Below are positions 50,901 through 64,000 of a stretch of 64,000 nucleotides of DNA, in pieces. Below the pieces are notes generated by a model. The model was not told the origin of the DNA and did not search any database. It saw nothing but the letters and a program-made list of their open reading frames with translations. How positions within the stretch are numbered: position 1 is the first letter of the stretch; the number at the start of each line of letters is the position of its first letter. The position numbers and the translations under genes were made by a program. Source of the stretch: Histomonas meleagridis 2922-C6/04-290x (taxonomy: Eukaryota > Protista > Parabasalia); NCBI GenBank assembly GCA_020184695.1, contig JAANOX010000021.1, positions 95,204 through 159,203 of the forward strand, given 5' to 3'.

Positions 50901-51565
50901 ATATTTTTTTTTAATAATTTTATATTTGATAATTAATATTTGGAATTTATTTAAATTTTTTAAGACAGCACTTATGTATGCATCTAGAAATGGTCATACA
51001 GAAATAGTTCAATTACTTCTTGACCAAAAAAAGGAATTGATATTAATGTTAAAGATGTCTATTTTTATATTTGAAATTTATTTTTAATAATTTTATATTT
51101 AAAAAATAATATTTGGAATTGATTTAAATTATATGAAACAGCACTTATGAAAGCATCTTATAATGGTTATCTAGAAACAGTTAAATTACTTCTTGAACAA
51201 GAAGGAATTGATATTAATGCCAAAGATATTTATGTGTTTTATTTAATATTTATTTTAATAATTTAATATTTCAAAATAAAATTAGGAATTTATTTAGATT
51301 ATTTGCAACAGCGCTTATTGGAGCAACACAACATAATTGTATAGAAACAGTTGAATTGCTTCTTGAGCAAAAAGGAATAGATATTAATGCCAAAGATATT
51401 TATATTAAATTTTTAATGAATGCTTTAATAATTTAATATTTGATTATATTTTTTGGAATTTCATGATAATTTTTTAAAACAGCACTTGATTATGCGAAAT
51501 ACAAAGGTTACACAAAAATAGTTGAATTACTCCTTAGCAAAGAAGGAATTGTTAAGACCACATAG
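47907..51565 (+). CDS. DUF3447/ankyrin linker-interrupted gene (mirror copy)
   Basis: Reverse complement of 17499-21287 with small indels and a ~130-bp deletion near 49410. Confidence 0.75.
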
Positions 51566-51779
51566 ATATTTTTATTCAATAAGAGCTTTAATAACTTGAA
51601 ATCTCAAACTTTTACTCATGTTATTGCTAAAGGAGCAACACTCCATGAATACTAAGGAGGTTTCGATGATGATATGTTTTAATTGGTACGTTAAACAGGA
51701 ATTCGAAATGAAATCAACTTTAACGTTTTTTTTTTCATAAATAACCGTCGATAGAATTTAACGTCTTCCGTTAGATTGG

Positions 51780-53387
51780 ATGGAAGAAGAAAAACCTGCC
51801 TCAGATTACAAGATATTTGTAAATAATTGTGATAGTTACATCGGCTCTGCCGTTTCTAATTTTTCTTTCTTTAGCTGGTTTCACTGTTTTTGGATAATTT
51901 TCAACATTACTAACCTGGGGAGGTCGTGTTAAAAAAGAGAAAAACAATGAAGAAGAAGAAGAGAGTCATGAAAATGAGGAAGAAAATGATGAACCTAATC
52001 CTGAAGACTACATTCTTGAAGAAGGTTATCTCACTCGCATTCCGCACAAAGCTGCCAAAAAACAATATCTTCTTGAATCAAGGGCACTTCAAGTCAATGA
52101 AGAAATTGATAGACTTAAAGTTTATATATTTGGTGTTGGTTTACTATATGGGTATGGAGAACATATTTTCTTCCCATTTTTCAAGGATCTTTGGGAGAAT
52201 AAAACTGATTATTTCCCATCTTCTAAATCACACATTTCTTGTATCCACGTAGGAAACCTTGGAGTAGCTGTTAAACACATTCTACTTACTTCACAAGATG
52301 ATACCGAAGATGAAGAAAATTTACACTCTCCTTATTTTATACTTTCAGAACAAAATTGTCCAACTCTCAAACAAATTGCAAAAGCTTTCAGTAATATTCT
52401 TGCAGATGGAAAAACTTGTGATTTTAACGAAGATATTCCTGAGCTACAAAAGTTAATTTTAACTGTTGATCTTCCATCTGAATCAACATTTTTGAATGAT
52501 GTTGAACCAGATGATTTATTTTGTGGAGATGGAATTATATCATGTGCTGCTAAAGTTGTTGATGAATTTCGTGAAAAGTATAATCTTACGCCTCTTAAAG
52601 TTCTTGTAATTGGACCTCCTGCATCAGGATTTGTCAAAGTTGGTCAAACGATAGCCGATCATATTGGGGCACCCCTAATTGATACGTTAGGAATTGTTTA
52701 TGATGTTCAAAATGTGGTTTTGCAGATAACATAGAAAAAGCAGGCGAATTGTTCGACGAAGGAGAAGAAGAACAAGCAAGTCCTTATTTCGAACATATAC
52801 CAACCCATGTAATTGTATTAGATGCACGGGATAAAGAACTTGAAGAAATTGCTGCTCAAACTAGTGACGATTACAAGAGCTTTCAAAAAGAACTTAGAAG
52901 GTATCGGAAAGATAATGATGGTGATGATAACATATTCGAATTTTTTGATGATCGTGCAATTCCATCTTTAATTTGCGATGCTCTTGGAGAAACCAATGAC
53001 ATCATTTTTGATTTTATTGGTCCAAAAAGAGATTTCGGAAGGCCACAGGAGGAAGTCGATGCCGAAATTGCCGAAAGAGAACGTTTGAAGAAAGTTAAAG
53101 AAAACGAACAAAAGCAACAACGCAAAGAACAACTTAAAGAAGAAACAGAGAAATGGAAGCAAGGCGATGCAATTCATCAGGTTTGTGTTTCGCGACTTGA
53201 AACAGTCGATTCAAATTTCTTATCCGAAAAAGCGAAAGATTTGGAAAATTATATCGAAGAAGAAATTATGCAGCACATAATAAAAGGACTAATTGAGGTA
53301 GGTAAAAAGATGCCTGATGACCCAATTGATGCATTAGCAAAATTTCTTTTTGCGGAACATAGAAAAGTTCAAAACTCAAACAAATGA
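51780..53387 (+). CDS. AK7: AK7-like gene (mirror copy with two ~140-bp deletions)
   Basis: Mirror of 15372-17284; deletions near 51897 and 52711. Confidence 0.7.
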
Positions 53388-54189
53388 AATAAAAATTATA
53401 GTAGAAATCACTATTTTCAAATTTGTTTTTCTAGAACAACAATTTTTCCAAGTCGGAAATTTGATAACTTGTATTATGTCATTTTACAAGGTAATTATGT
53501 CATCAGTTTTTGGATTGTTTTTGCTTGTGAATTGATTAGTCACCGTTGAAAATTATTCCAAAACTTGATTTATTTTTTTATAAACTGCACAACTTATGCT
53601 CAACAAAAGCAAAACTATAAAAACTAATACTATATTCAATGAAAAATACAAAAAAAAAAATAAAAAATTGATTTCAATCATGTTTTTGAATTTTTGTATA
53701 CTTTGTTTCACTAATAATAAAATTGTTATATTGCGGAATCTCTTTATCGAATTTTAATTAATTGATGAAAATATTATTAACATTATATATGATATTTATT
53801 TATTCAAAACGAGTAAAAATATTTTTCGCAAAGCTTGAGTTTTCCCAGCTCTGAGCTTGATCATAAAATTACAACAAAATTTAAAAACGAGTATTTCATA
53901 TAAAATTTTATAATCATTTTTCTAAATTACACTCATCAAATTTATACCAACAACTTTAAATACTACTGTACTTCAGCGATTCTTGTATTAATTTAATTTT
54001 TGGTATGGGAAAAAGTGCATTTCCCCAAAAAATGTACCCCACAACAGTCTAGCTCATATAATAACACGTACTCTCACCATCAATAGAACTCAATGTATGG
54101 TTACGAGACACCTAAATGCCTTGGTTCAGCACCGAGTAAATTTCACTCAAAAAGTCAAAAAAGTGAAAATTAGCGCAACGCCTTATTTT

Positions 54190-54768
54190 TTAGAGAAGAG
54201 TGCATTTTCCTTTCTTTTTCTCTTTTTTACCTTTTTTGACAGTGTTTTCGGCTGGAGCAGGAGAACTTTGCTCACGGATTTTTCTTACGAGTGCAGTGAA
54301 AGCATTTTCGATATTAATATTAGCAAGGGCGGACGTTTCGTAGAAAGTTGCACCAAGCTTTTGAGCAAGTTCTTCACCCTCGGTTTTGCTAACGACGCGT
54401 TTATCTTCAAGATCGCATTTGTTACCACAAAGAACAACTGGGACATTTGATGTTCCCTTTGTCCTTGAGAGGTCACGGTAAAATGCCTCTGCTTCTTCGA
54501 ATGAAGCACGGTCATCAATCGCATAAACGATGATAAATCCTTTACCTTGTCTCATGTATGATGTTCTCATGGGTGCAAAATCATCTTGACCAGCAGTATC
54601 AAGAATATCAAGTTGAACGTTTTCATTATCGACAAGTAAAACACGTTTATAGGAATCTTCAATTGTTGGATCATAATCAGTAATAAAGTAACCTTGGACA
54701 AATTGGATTGTAAGAGCAGATTTACCAACGGCACCAGCACCAAAAACAACAACTTTGCAGTCGGTCAT
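54190..54768 (-). CDS. RAS: Ras-family GTPase, intact copy ending in CAAX (CTLL)
   Basis: 192 aa with a polybasic KKGKKEKKKGK tail followed by CTLL. Confidence 0.95.
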   Translation of the reverse strand: MTDCKVVVFGAGAVGKSALTIQFVQGYFITDYDPTIEDSYKRVLLVDNENVQLDILDTAGQDDFAPMRTSYMRQGKGFIIVYAIDDRASFEEAEAFYRDLSRTKGTSNVPVVLCGNKCDLEDKRVVSKTEGEELAQKLGATFYETSALANINIENAFTALVRKIREQSSPAPAENTVKKGKKEKKKGKCTLL

Positions 54769-55689
54769 TTACAAAATGATTAAACCATCATGACGGTTTA
54801 TGTGAATTTGGTGGTTGTAAACCGAAACAATGGTTTCTGACAACGTTAAAGATAACCGATGAGATGATGATTTTGGTAAAAAAAATCAAAAATTTAAGAA
54901 TACTAATTAAAAAGGAGTTAAAATTTTGTTTGCTATTTAATGTTTTTTATTTATGATTTTTTAGAAAGGTATAAACAATAAGGTTTAGTGACCGTTAACA
55001 TGTTCATTGGAGGGGCGACAATTGTATTCTGAAACAAAAAGGATAATTGGGACCCATCCGAACATAAATTATACAAAAATAATCAACAGTGTTATTTAGC
55101 CTACGGGGTAATAGTTTTTGCAAAATTTACATATCAAATTTCACGTGTTTATTATTATCAATTACTTTTTTATTTTCAACATTATTTTTAATATCATTTT
55201 CTAAAATCTTCAATTGAAGATATCAAAACACTCATTTGAATCATCTATTCTAGATTTGATTTTATTGCATTTTACTGTTAGTTTATATTTGATATATTGG
55301 ATTATTTCATTCTTAGCATTCATAAACTTATTATTAACTTCAGATAATGATATATTAGTAAGTTTCTTTTCTGATATTTTTGCTAGCAAGCATATTATTA
55401 ATAAATTTGGAATCCAAAAAATTCAATATATTAAGTTTATCATCGTAAAACTTTCCATTAACGAAAATAATACATTGTTTGATAGGTTTTATAGTTCTTT
55501 TATCTATTTCCGTAAATATAAAATGATAATATTTAAAATTAACAACTTTACATTTATCATTATATTCAGATATAATATACTCTTCAAATGACTCCATATT
55601 TATATAAGTAAAATAATATAAAAAGTTTCTTAGAAACTCCGGATCATGAAATAATTCTTATATATAAACAAGGTATTCTATTTTTACTT

Positions 55690-56545
55690 AAAAATATTTG
55701 CAAGTTAAGGTAATCCTTCTAACTTTTTATCCATATATTGAATCTGGTGTGTAGATCTTTGATTTTACCATATCTCATTCCACATCTGAACAACATTAAA
55801 ACAACTAGCAGTAAATCTCTTTATTAATTCATAGTAATATTCTCTAGAAATTCCTGGAAATAATATTATATCATTTAATGTTGTTTTTATATCTTTATAT
55901 ATAAATTTTACAGTTTGAACACATATTATAACATTAATATTTAAATTTCTTAATTTTTGAGGACCTCGAGAGATCAGTTTTATTAGATCTCAACAAAGTA
56001 TGAGATGCAAAATCATCTAAAATTAAAAACATGAATGAAAATATGTTTTCCAATTATATTTAATTAATTTCAATGATATATATTTTAATAATTTTTCATT
56101 ATCAGTCTCACCGGAGACTCGAAACTTACTATGTTCGTTATTAAGGTGATGTTTATTTAAAATTCTTGTTACCTCCTCATCGCCATCTTTATAATTACTG
56201 TTAATATATTTTGTAATGAAATTATTTACGCTTTCAAAACAAGTTCCATATATTTATTTGAATGATCTAATAAATGAACATCTTCCTATAGCTACAAGTT
56301 TACTAATTAATATTTTATAATTATTTACTGTTTCATCAAATTTATTCCTGGTAAAAACATATTACAATTAATTCAGAATGAGGTTCATTAAATAAGACTT
56401 CTGATATGCAGATAATTTTAAATAAGTATAAGATTTACCTGATCCCAGAGGAGCTTTTATAAAAGCACATATGCCATCTCTGGGATAGAGGGTATTTTTC
56501 ATACATAGGTGTAATTAGAGCATTATCTAATACTTCTTCATTCAT
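55690..56545 (-). pseudogene. Mirror copy of the packaging-ATPase remnant
   Basis: Reverse complement of 11893-12756 with extra errors. Confidence 0.65.
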
Positions 56546-58364
56546 TTACTTATTTTATTGAAAGTTTTCATCATTTATTTGAATTTACTATCTATATTAT
56601 AGGATTTTGATAATATTTAATTAATAATTCATAAATATAAAAGTTATTATTTTATATTAAACCTTCAGCACGTTTCCACTTATCGAAATAAATTTTACCA
56701 GTTATATCTCTCGCTAGAAATATTTTATATCTACCATGATCAGTTAAATTTTGAATACTGATTCTACTAAAATTTCATATTTATTATTTTCATTATCATA
56801 ACTAGCAGGTAATGGTAGTATTTGATCATATAACCTGATAATTGTAATATACAGTTAGAGATTTAAATGTGTCCCAGGAATCGAGTGGTCCCATACGTTA
56901 AAATAGGTTAATAAATAATCTTTAATAAAACCTCATTCTTATCAATGTCAACATTAACACCAGCAATGTCACTAGATGAAATTAACCAAAATTAGATACT
57001 ATTGGTATTTCTTAAGAATTTACTCGATCATTATTAAGAAATCCTGACTTTATGAACTTAGAATATGAAAATCATCAGCTTTGTTTTTCTACGAATATGC
57101 ATCTGAATTCGATAGATGTTACTTTCACTTTTTAATCAACTAGCATTCGTCTTTAATATGTGCCGTAAAACGGTATCTAGAAGTATCTCAAATGGTCCAC
57201 AAGATCCAAAAACCTTTAGGTCGACATAGAGCATTGACATGAAGATAAAGAAGAAAATAATTGATTCATCTAATGAAGGTCATGCAGATGACAAAAGAGC
57301 AATTATAACTCTACAATCAAATTTTTTCAATATTTTTCTCATAGTACTTTTTATTATTTCAATCAGCAACGATCACATTTCTGTCAAAAGTAGATGTAAA
57401 TACCTGAAACTCGCATTGATGTATTTTAAACAATTTTCTTATACTTATGATAATAATTTAATGATTGATCAAAAGGCACTATAATTACTTTATTAAATTT
57501 TTAAAATCTGAGCAGGAAAACATTTCTTTCAAATAGACTTAGCTCAAATCCTTTAGGAACATTCTTTTGGTGTTTTAAGAATGAAAATCGAAACCATGAT
57601 TCTATATATAAATTCATTAATGACATTAAAAGGGTCAACTTCATCAGGGTTACATTAAAAGTGAGTACATAAAAACAGTGATCAGACACAGAATTAATGA
57701 TTTTGGTAAAATTATCGAACTTTTATATCACTTTTTATGATTAAAATTTAAAATGGTTCATTATAATCAATTGTGCATATTTCAAACTGCTGAAGGATCC
57801 ACTTCTTGAATCTGTCATGAATGAAATCTGAGGAAAATTTATGAAAAATAACAAAATATAATAATGATACTATATAGCACAAAAAGACATTACGTTGAAT
57901 CCGACTTCTCAATCTAATATACGAAGACAAGAAATGAATCAGCCTGGAAGAAAAATATTGTGCCTGACAAAACTCGAAGATTTATATTGAGACTTTAGTG
58001 GTGATTTCAATAAATTGATGAAATATTTTCTGATCGCCTCCAGTCAAATAAAATAGAAAATACATGAATGAACGTTAAGTAAAAATTTTAACTTTACTTT
58101 CATGTCAAAAATAATGTATAGGAACCACTCTGGTTGTCCGTTTCAGCGTCGAGAAATTGTCCACTTCTGGTAAAAATTTCGACTGCTTTACTGGCGTTGA
58201 AGTCGTCCGTTGGACACTATAAATTGCTCCACTTTTTAACAAGCTATTTAGATCGTTTCCTGCCATAACATTAATTTGCATTTCATCGGTCATTATTAAA
58301 AATTGGTCACTTTCTAAACTCGTCGGAGACTATACATACGTCATATTACTTTCAATAAATGTCC

Positions 58365-59688
58365 TCGTACGGGAAATTTTCAAAAATTCATTTCGATTTC
58401 TGAGTAACCATTTATCAAAGTGCAAGGAATTGGAACAGATTTTCATCTCACGTCGCGTGAAAGTATTTGGACATATCAGTCTAAACACTACATTCAGACC
58501 ATTTTTGGCACACCAGCTGTAGGGAACTGCTCAAGAATCATTTAATTTCTGAGTAAACTATTCATTTTACCGCATACTTGCACTTCGGTTGTGATCGTTT
58601 GCTATCGAAAAAACCAGGCTTGGCCACCGCTCGCAATTACTAAAAAAAAATTGTTGTTGAGTGTTTTACTTAATTTGCCCCATATGGAATAAATGGATTT
58701 GACGACTCCATCGACTTTTCCATGTTGGAGATATTGTAAGATCCCATTTAACGCCATAGAAATACCTTGATGAGGTGTTACGTCTCCTATCATTGACGGT
58801 TTTTTAAGGCGTCCACAATGAGTTGTGTTGTTGTAAACATGTATCCACTTCTAAGTTCTCCAATATTATTGCATTTTCTGCTGTACTCCAAAATCTTTCA
58901 CATTTCCCATTTTGCTGTGGGTTTGACTTCTGATAAAACTTGTTTGATTTCATTATCTTCGAGGAATTTCTTAAAATCTCCTTTTGAATTCTTCTGACCA
59001 TTATCGGTCCACACATAAATAAACGGTTGCCACAGAATTGAATTATCAATTCGAGGCACTTTAGAAGTTGCTGATAATTTGTTGGAGATTGCGTCACAAT
59101 ATACAACGTAACGAGAATAATCATGAAAGATATTAAATATTCTCCGTTATGATTATACACCAGTTCGCCAAATTAAATCTGGAATTTGATGCTCATATCA
59201 TCGGCAACGATAGGGTTCTTCGACTTTAACGGTCACGTACGCTAATGCGTTGTTATGCTTCATTAAGTAGTATATCATATGGTGTGTTGTAATTTCTTGG
59301 CAAATAGGAACACTTTCTGATTTGGAAATTATTTGGTAGAATGTTATGTTAACGCCGCTCTTGTATATTTTTGTATTTCGATGATATTATTTTTGAGTAT
59401 ATGGCGTAAATCTACTTTTTGTTTTCCTCTGGTAATAAGTAGATCAAGACCGTTATCGTCGATCGCCCTTCTAACAGTTCCTGGATGTACTTTTTTCGTT
59501 ACCACTATTCGAGTAAAAGGTTTTCTTCTATTTATGATAACTCTGGCATTGTTGTTTTCCTTTGCTGAATTGCCTTGACAGTAGCTTCTAGACAAAGGCA
59601 CTTCGATCTTTTTCCCTTCCTTGCAAGCTCGAAAATTTGAGTTCAATAGTTTACCCAAAAATTGAATGATTTTGAGAATTTCCGTACA
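58365..59688 (-). mobile_element. Mirror copy of the second IS481-like element
   Basis: Reverse complement of 8497-9827. Confidence 0.75.
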
Positions 59689-62600
59689 CAAATATATAAC
59701 TTTAATAAAAATTTATCGAAAAAATTAATATTTTGATTATCATCAAAAACCTTCTGAGTTAATAACTTCATATTATTTTTTATGCAAACTGGAAAAAAAA
59801 TCCGGTACTCATTAGTCAAAACGACCTGGAGCAATTCTTTCATATCTCGAGAAATACGATCCTAAGTTTCAAGCCTTTTAATAAGATTATTAAAATACAA
59901 ATCATTCTTGTTTCATTATTTCTTATTTCCAAGTTATTTTGTTGTAGAAGAAATGATGAACTCAATTAAATCACATAGTAATGAAAATTCAAACATACTA
60001 GTTATCGGGCTCATTGCTCACCTGGCCAGTACTACATATTATAATCTTATTATACGACTGAAGAATTTTATTATACGACTGAAGTAATTTGGTTCAATGG
60101 GACGTCTGATGAATTCTTTTCTTCCATTCGATGATGGCAATTTTCTTGTTCAACAAGATGTTCATTCCATCAATATCTTATAAATTCATTAGCAGAGAAA
60201 AACGAATAATAATTTTGTTATAGTTTTGCAAAGACTATGGAAAGTGATGTGTAATATTAGTACTCCGTCCCACAACCGGAAATAAGAATGGGTAGTATTA
60301 AAAAAGTGGAGACTCCATTCAATCATAATGGAGAATTTGAATAAGGTGTAATTTGCATTCGAAAATTGGCTCTCAATTTGTTCTCTGAAGAAAAATATTT
60401 CAATTCAATTTTATTTTGAATGATTCACGATCAAGAATTAAGATATTGTGAAATATTTAATCATCTCTGTATTACAACACAAATTTCATATCAATGTTAC
60501 ATAAAAATTAATATTTTATAAATTGATCACATATCAATTGCTTCGCATCTAAATTCTTATGAATTGTTATGTTCTACATATTAATTATGTTTTATTAATT
60601 TTAAATTGTATAAAAATTCAATCTCTACGACGATCAGAGCAATTAAAAATAATATATATATATATATATATGATGTTTTTGTGGAGGTTGGATGAAAATA
60701 ATTAAATCAATTGCTCAATGAAATAATAATGTAAACATTGATTTGTAAACTTTTTGAATCTAATTAATCATATGAGCTCCATTTCTGAAATTAGAATAAG
60801 TATGAATTCATTTTTAACTAAACCAAATGTTCACTATGTATTATCTATATCAAATGAAAGTCGTTCTAATTATATATTTGCCAAATTATATTTGAATGAT
60901 TTGAGCAAATGTTGGTACATAAAATGATGAAAAGAAACACATATAGGTGAGAATAAACATATTTAAATCAAAATAAATAAAAATAAATGAGAATTAGCAG
61001 ATATAAGTGAGAATTAACATAAAACAAGTAGAATCATAAAGCAAGATAATGAAATATTACGACATTCATTCGATACCATCTTTGCCAAATTTTATTTTTG
61101 TTCGAATAATTATAATAAAAAAAAAAATGGCGATAATTGTAAATTATTCAAAATGAAATTGAATGAAAATATTTTTTTAAGAAAACAAATTGAGAGTCAA
61201 ATTTTGAATGCATATTTCACCTTATTCAAATTCTACATTCTGATTAAATGGGACCACGACTTTTGAATGCCACCTATTCAAATTTACCACGGTTGTGGTG
61301 TAAGTACCAGAATAAATCATACATTAAAAACTTTCTGTCATCTTTGTCAATGTGGTAGCAAAAAAATGTACATATCGAAATTAATACTGCCGATTTTGAA
61401 AATGCTGCTCACCCGAACGGTATGAATGAAATGCATAATGATATACCAATAATATGTAGAAATTTGTATCGTTGAAAAAAAAACAAATCCACATATATTT
61501 TTATTGTAATTTTGGTGGCTTTGACCAACCTCCGGTGCCGGAGTGTTGCTGTGTGTACTTAGTTTAACTAAATATTTCTAATCATATAAAATTTTTTAGT
61601 ATTAACTGACTGTCTTTGGTTGAACTGTACGTTTCTAGTTAACTAGTTGAACATTGCAACAACATGAAATTGAATGCTCATTTCGATAATATTTAAATAT
61701 CTCGCATCAATATACTAGGTAAATTCTGCACCAAAAAGTTTCTTTTTAATAACACGTTTAGCATTTGTCTTGGTTGTCAATTCTTCCATGGTTTTCCAAA
61801 TCCCAACTAATTGGTCTGTACTGTTCGGAAACAAATTCTCTAAAATAATCTGCAATTGGAATCGAAATGATCCTTCTTTCATACTAGTCAATTGTTTTTC
61901 CTCCGATATCAATTCTCCTCGTTCATCACCAAATGCCCATTATTCTACTTCTTCATCATGTTTTCTCAGAAATGTATTGGCTTCTTCTATTATCAAAATT
62001 GTTGTAAGATTCATTCGTGTTTTATCATATTTAGTTTAGAATCAGTGAATTGATAAATGTCTAACTTTTTTTACAAAATTTGAATCTATAGTGCATCGTA
62101 ATACACCATCAAAGTTAGTGATATAGGATGGGGGTAAATAAAAAGTGATATTTGGGAGATATCAAGATAAAAGTCAGAGAAGATATTTGGGAATTACAGT
62201 TTCCACAATTATTCATCAACAATATAAGATGATGACAATTGCTCATACACCAATGGTTGAAATACATTGTAAGTCAGAAGTTATTCGTAATTATTATATT
62301 AAAATATTGTTATTCTATGAAATAAATAATAAAATACGATGCGCAGTTACAGATTATGGTGGCGCAGTTCCTGGAGTTTTGTGATGAACTTCAACGAATA
62401 GATATATTTCCAAAGTTATTGAAAGATTTGCATGTATATGCTATATCGTTAATTCGAATGTCAAAGAATTTACATATTACTCAAGAAGTTATAAATGTAT
62501 TTACTACTCCATGCTTTATAGTCTTTTGATGAGAAAGGGTGTACAAAAATCACATCTCGAATACAGTGAGATAAGATGATATACAAGTGAATTATGAACA

Positions 62601-63122
62601 TTAAGCTTGATTATTTTTAATATTTTGATAATATACATATATTAATATTTGAACATAGTTTTGCTCTAATTTATCATTACTCTTTTATAGTCTACATTAA
62701 AATTTCCCTGAATATCACGAAAATTTTCATGGAAATGATCATTTTTATTATTTTATCATTACATTTATATTTCTATTCATTTTGATTATTTTATGTTATT
62801 TATGTTATTTATTATTTAGACTGTTATTCACGAAAATCAAACTATTATTTGACATTCACAATAATCTAAACTTATCAATTTTGACTTAAAAATGGGCTTC
62901 AATGAAATAAATTAATTTTCAAATATGATTTGTATATAAATTGTTTTTTGTAAATTAATTTTTCGAAATTTGATAACGAAAACTAATTCTTTAACTTCAA
63001 AATGTAACATTTTAATGTGATAAAAAATGGCAAACTTTCAATTCAATTTTAAAACTTTTTCGAATTGATTTATGTCATCGCCACTTTTTCAAAGTATGAG
63101 AGTATATAAAATTAAAATTGAC

Positions 63123-64000
63123 TGTGGTAAGAGAAAAAGCGCCTGACTTCACTTCCTCCACTTTTTGAATGATTTCATAGAATAAATTCTATTCGTAAAT
63201 AGAAAAAAATATCATACGAACTTTTTGAATTGCATTTACGACAGGGGGCCCCGAATGATCGCCGATACCACTGAGGGCACTTCAAAAAGTGGTATCGGTC
63301 TGTCCGTGCCTGTGAACGACTATTAATCCTGCTTGTAGTCGCAACTTTTTAATGATACTAAGCGAATATATTATATGTGTGCATTGAAATTTAAAAAATT
63401 GAATGGTTTACAAAACATGCTGATACCACTTTTTGAATGTTTTATTCAAAAGTGGTATCGGCATATATTGATAATAGAAGCAAAATACCAATATATTAAT
63501 ATATAGTAGTTAATAAGCTAGTTGGATGCATCCAGTTCGATTAAGCACATGAAAATTAAGCAATCGTTGTTCATATCAGTACTAGGCTTATAATAAGTAA
63601 ACATAAAAATAATAAAAATCAAATGAGATGGAATTATTTAATCATTTCAATGCAAGCACGTTTGACCTGTACCTATCCATTGTGCGCCATGCTTCATAGG
63701 GTGTTAAGGATTGGTGAGTGAGTTTTCTCAAACTTCGATGTTGCGTCTGCAACACTATATTACAATTATGTATTAATAATCCCAGGAACGTTCAACATTT
63801 TTGGTCCTTTGGCACGTTCAATCGTCAACCAAAACGTTCTATCTTACCATTCTCCCTCTGGAGTATAGGGTGAGTACGGTAATCTTCAATACCATAAAGC
63901 TGGAGTATAACGAAATGGATTGCCGTGGTAAATTCTCCCCATTATCAATAGTCAGCATTTTAGGTCGATGTACAACAGAACCTAGAGCTTTAATACACTG
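63123..64000 (-). mobile_element. Mirror copy of the first IS481-like element (partial, runs off the window)
   Basis: Reverse complement of 4247-5150; the reverse complement of the 16-bp TSD is at 63107-63122. Confidence 0.8.

Larger units (their letters stand above)
4247..64000. repeat. Giant inverted duplication (~30-kb arms)
   Basis: Every gene and element appears twice in mirror order around ~33620. Confidence 0.97.

Noticed and set aside
13988-54768. Two Ras, AK7 and tRNA paralogues
   Set aside because: They are mirror copies within the same inverted duplication.
60830-61030. ~190-bp insertion present only in the right arm
   Set aside because: Low-complexity sequence with no TSD or ends, in an error-rich part of the arm; probably base-calling noise.

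Overview
AT-rich eukaryotic DNA, most likely a parabasalid (Tritrichomonas/Trichomonas-like), judged from a DUF3447-type ankyrin gene, an R2R3 Myb, intron-free genes, a TCATTTT initiator and IS481-like transposons. Most of the window (~4.25-64 kb) is one giant inverted duplication folded at 33563-33680. The left arm next to the fold (~21.8-33.56 kb) is error-ridden and ~14% shorter than its mirror, so the palindrome is probably a long-read fold-back artefact and only ~34 kb is unique. Host genes: importin-beta-like (partial), Ras, AK7-like, DUF3447/ankyrin, tRNA-Pro(TGG), HxxxDG acyltransferase, Myb, MRH-domain protein, CARMIL-like LRR protein and a few unknowns. Mobile DNA: two IS481-like elements (16-bp and decayed ~25-bp target duplications), a tyrosine-recombinase pseudogene, Maverick/PLV-like remnants, a MITE and GC-rich hairpin islands. 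The most striking observation is the ankyrin array: stop-free 90-nt ankyrin cores alternate with ~90% AT, frame-breaking linkers that are exactly 80 nt in 11 counted cases and lack spliceosomal signals. This is a candidate non-canonical intron or recoding system and needs RNA evidence.
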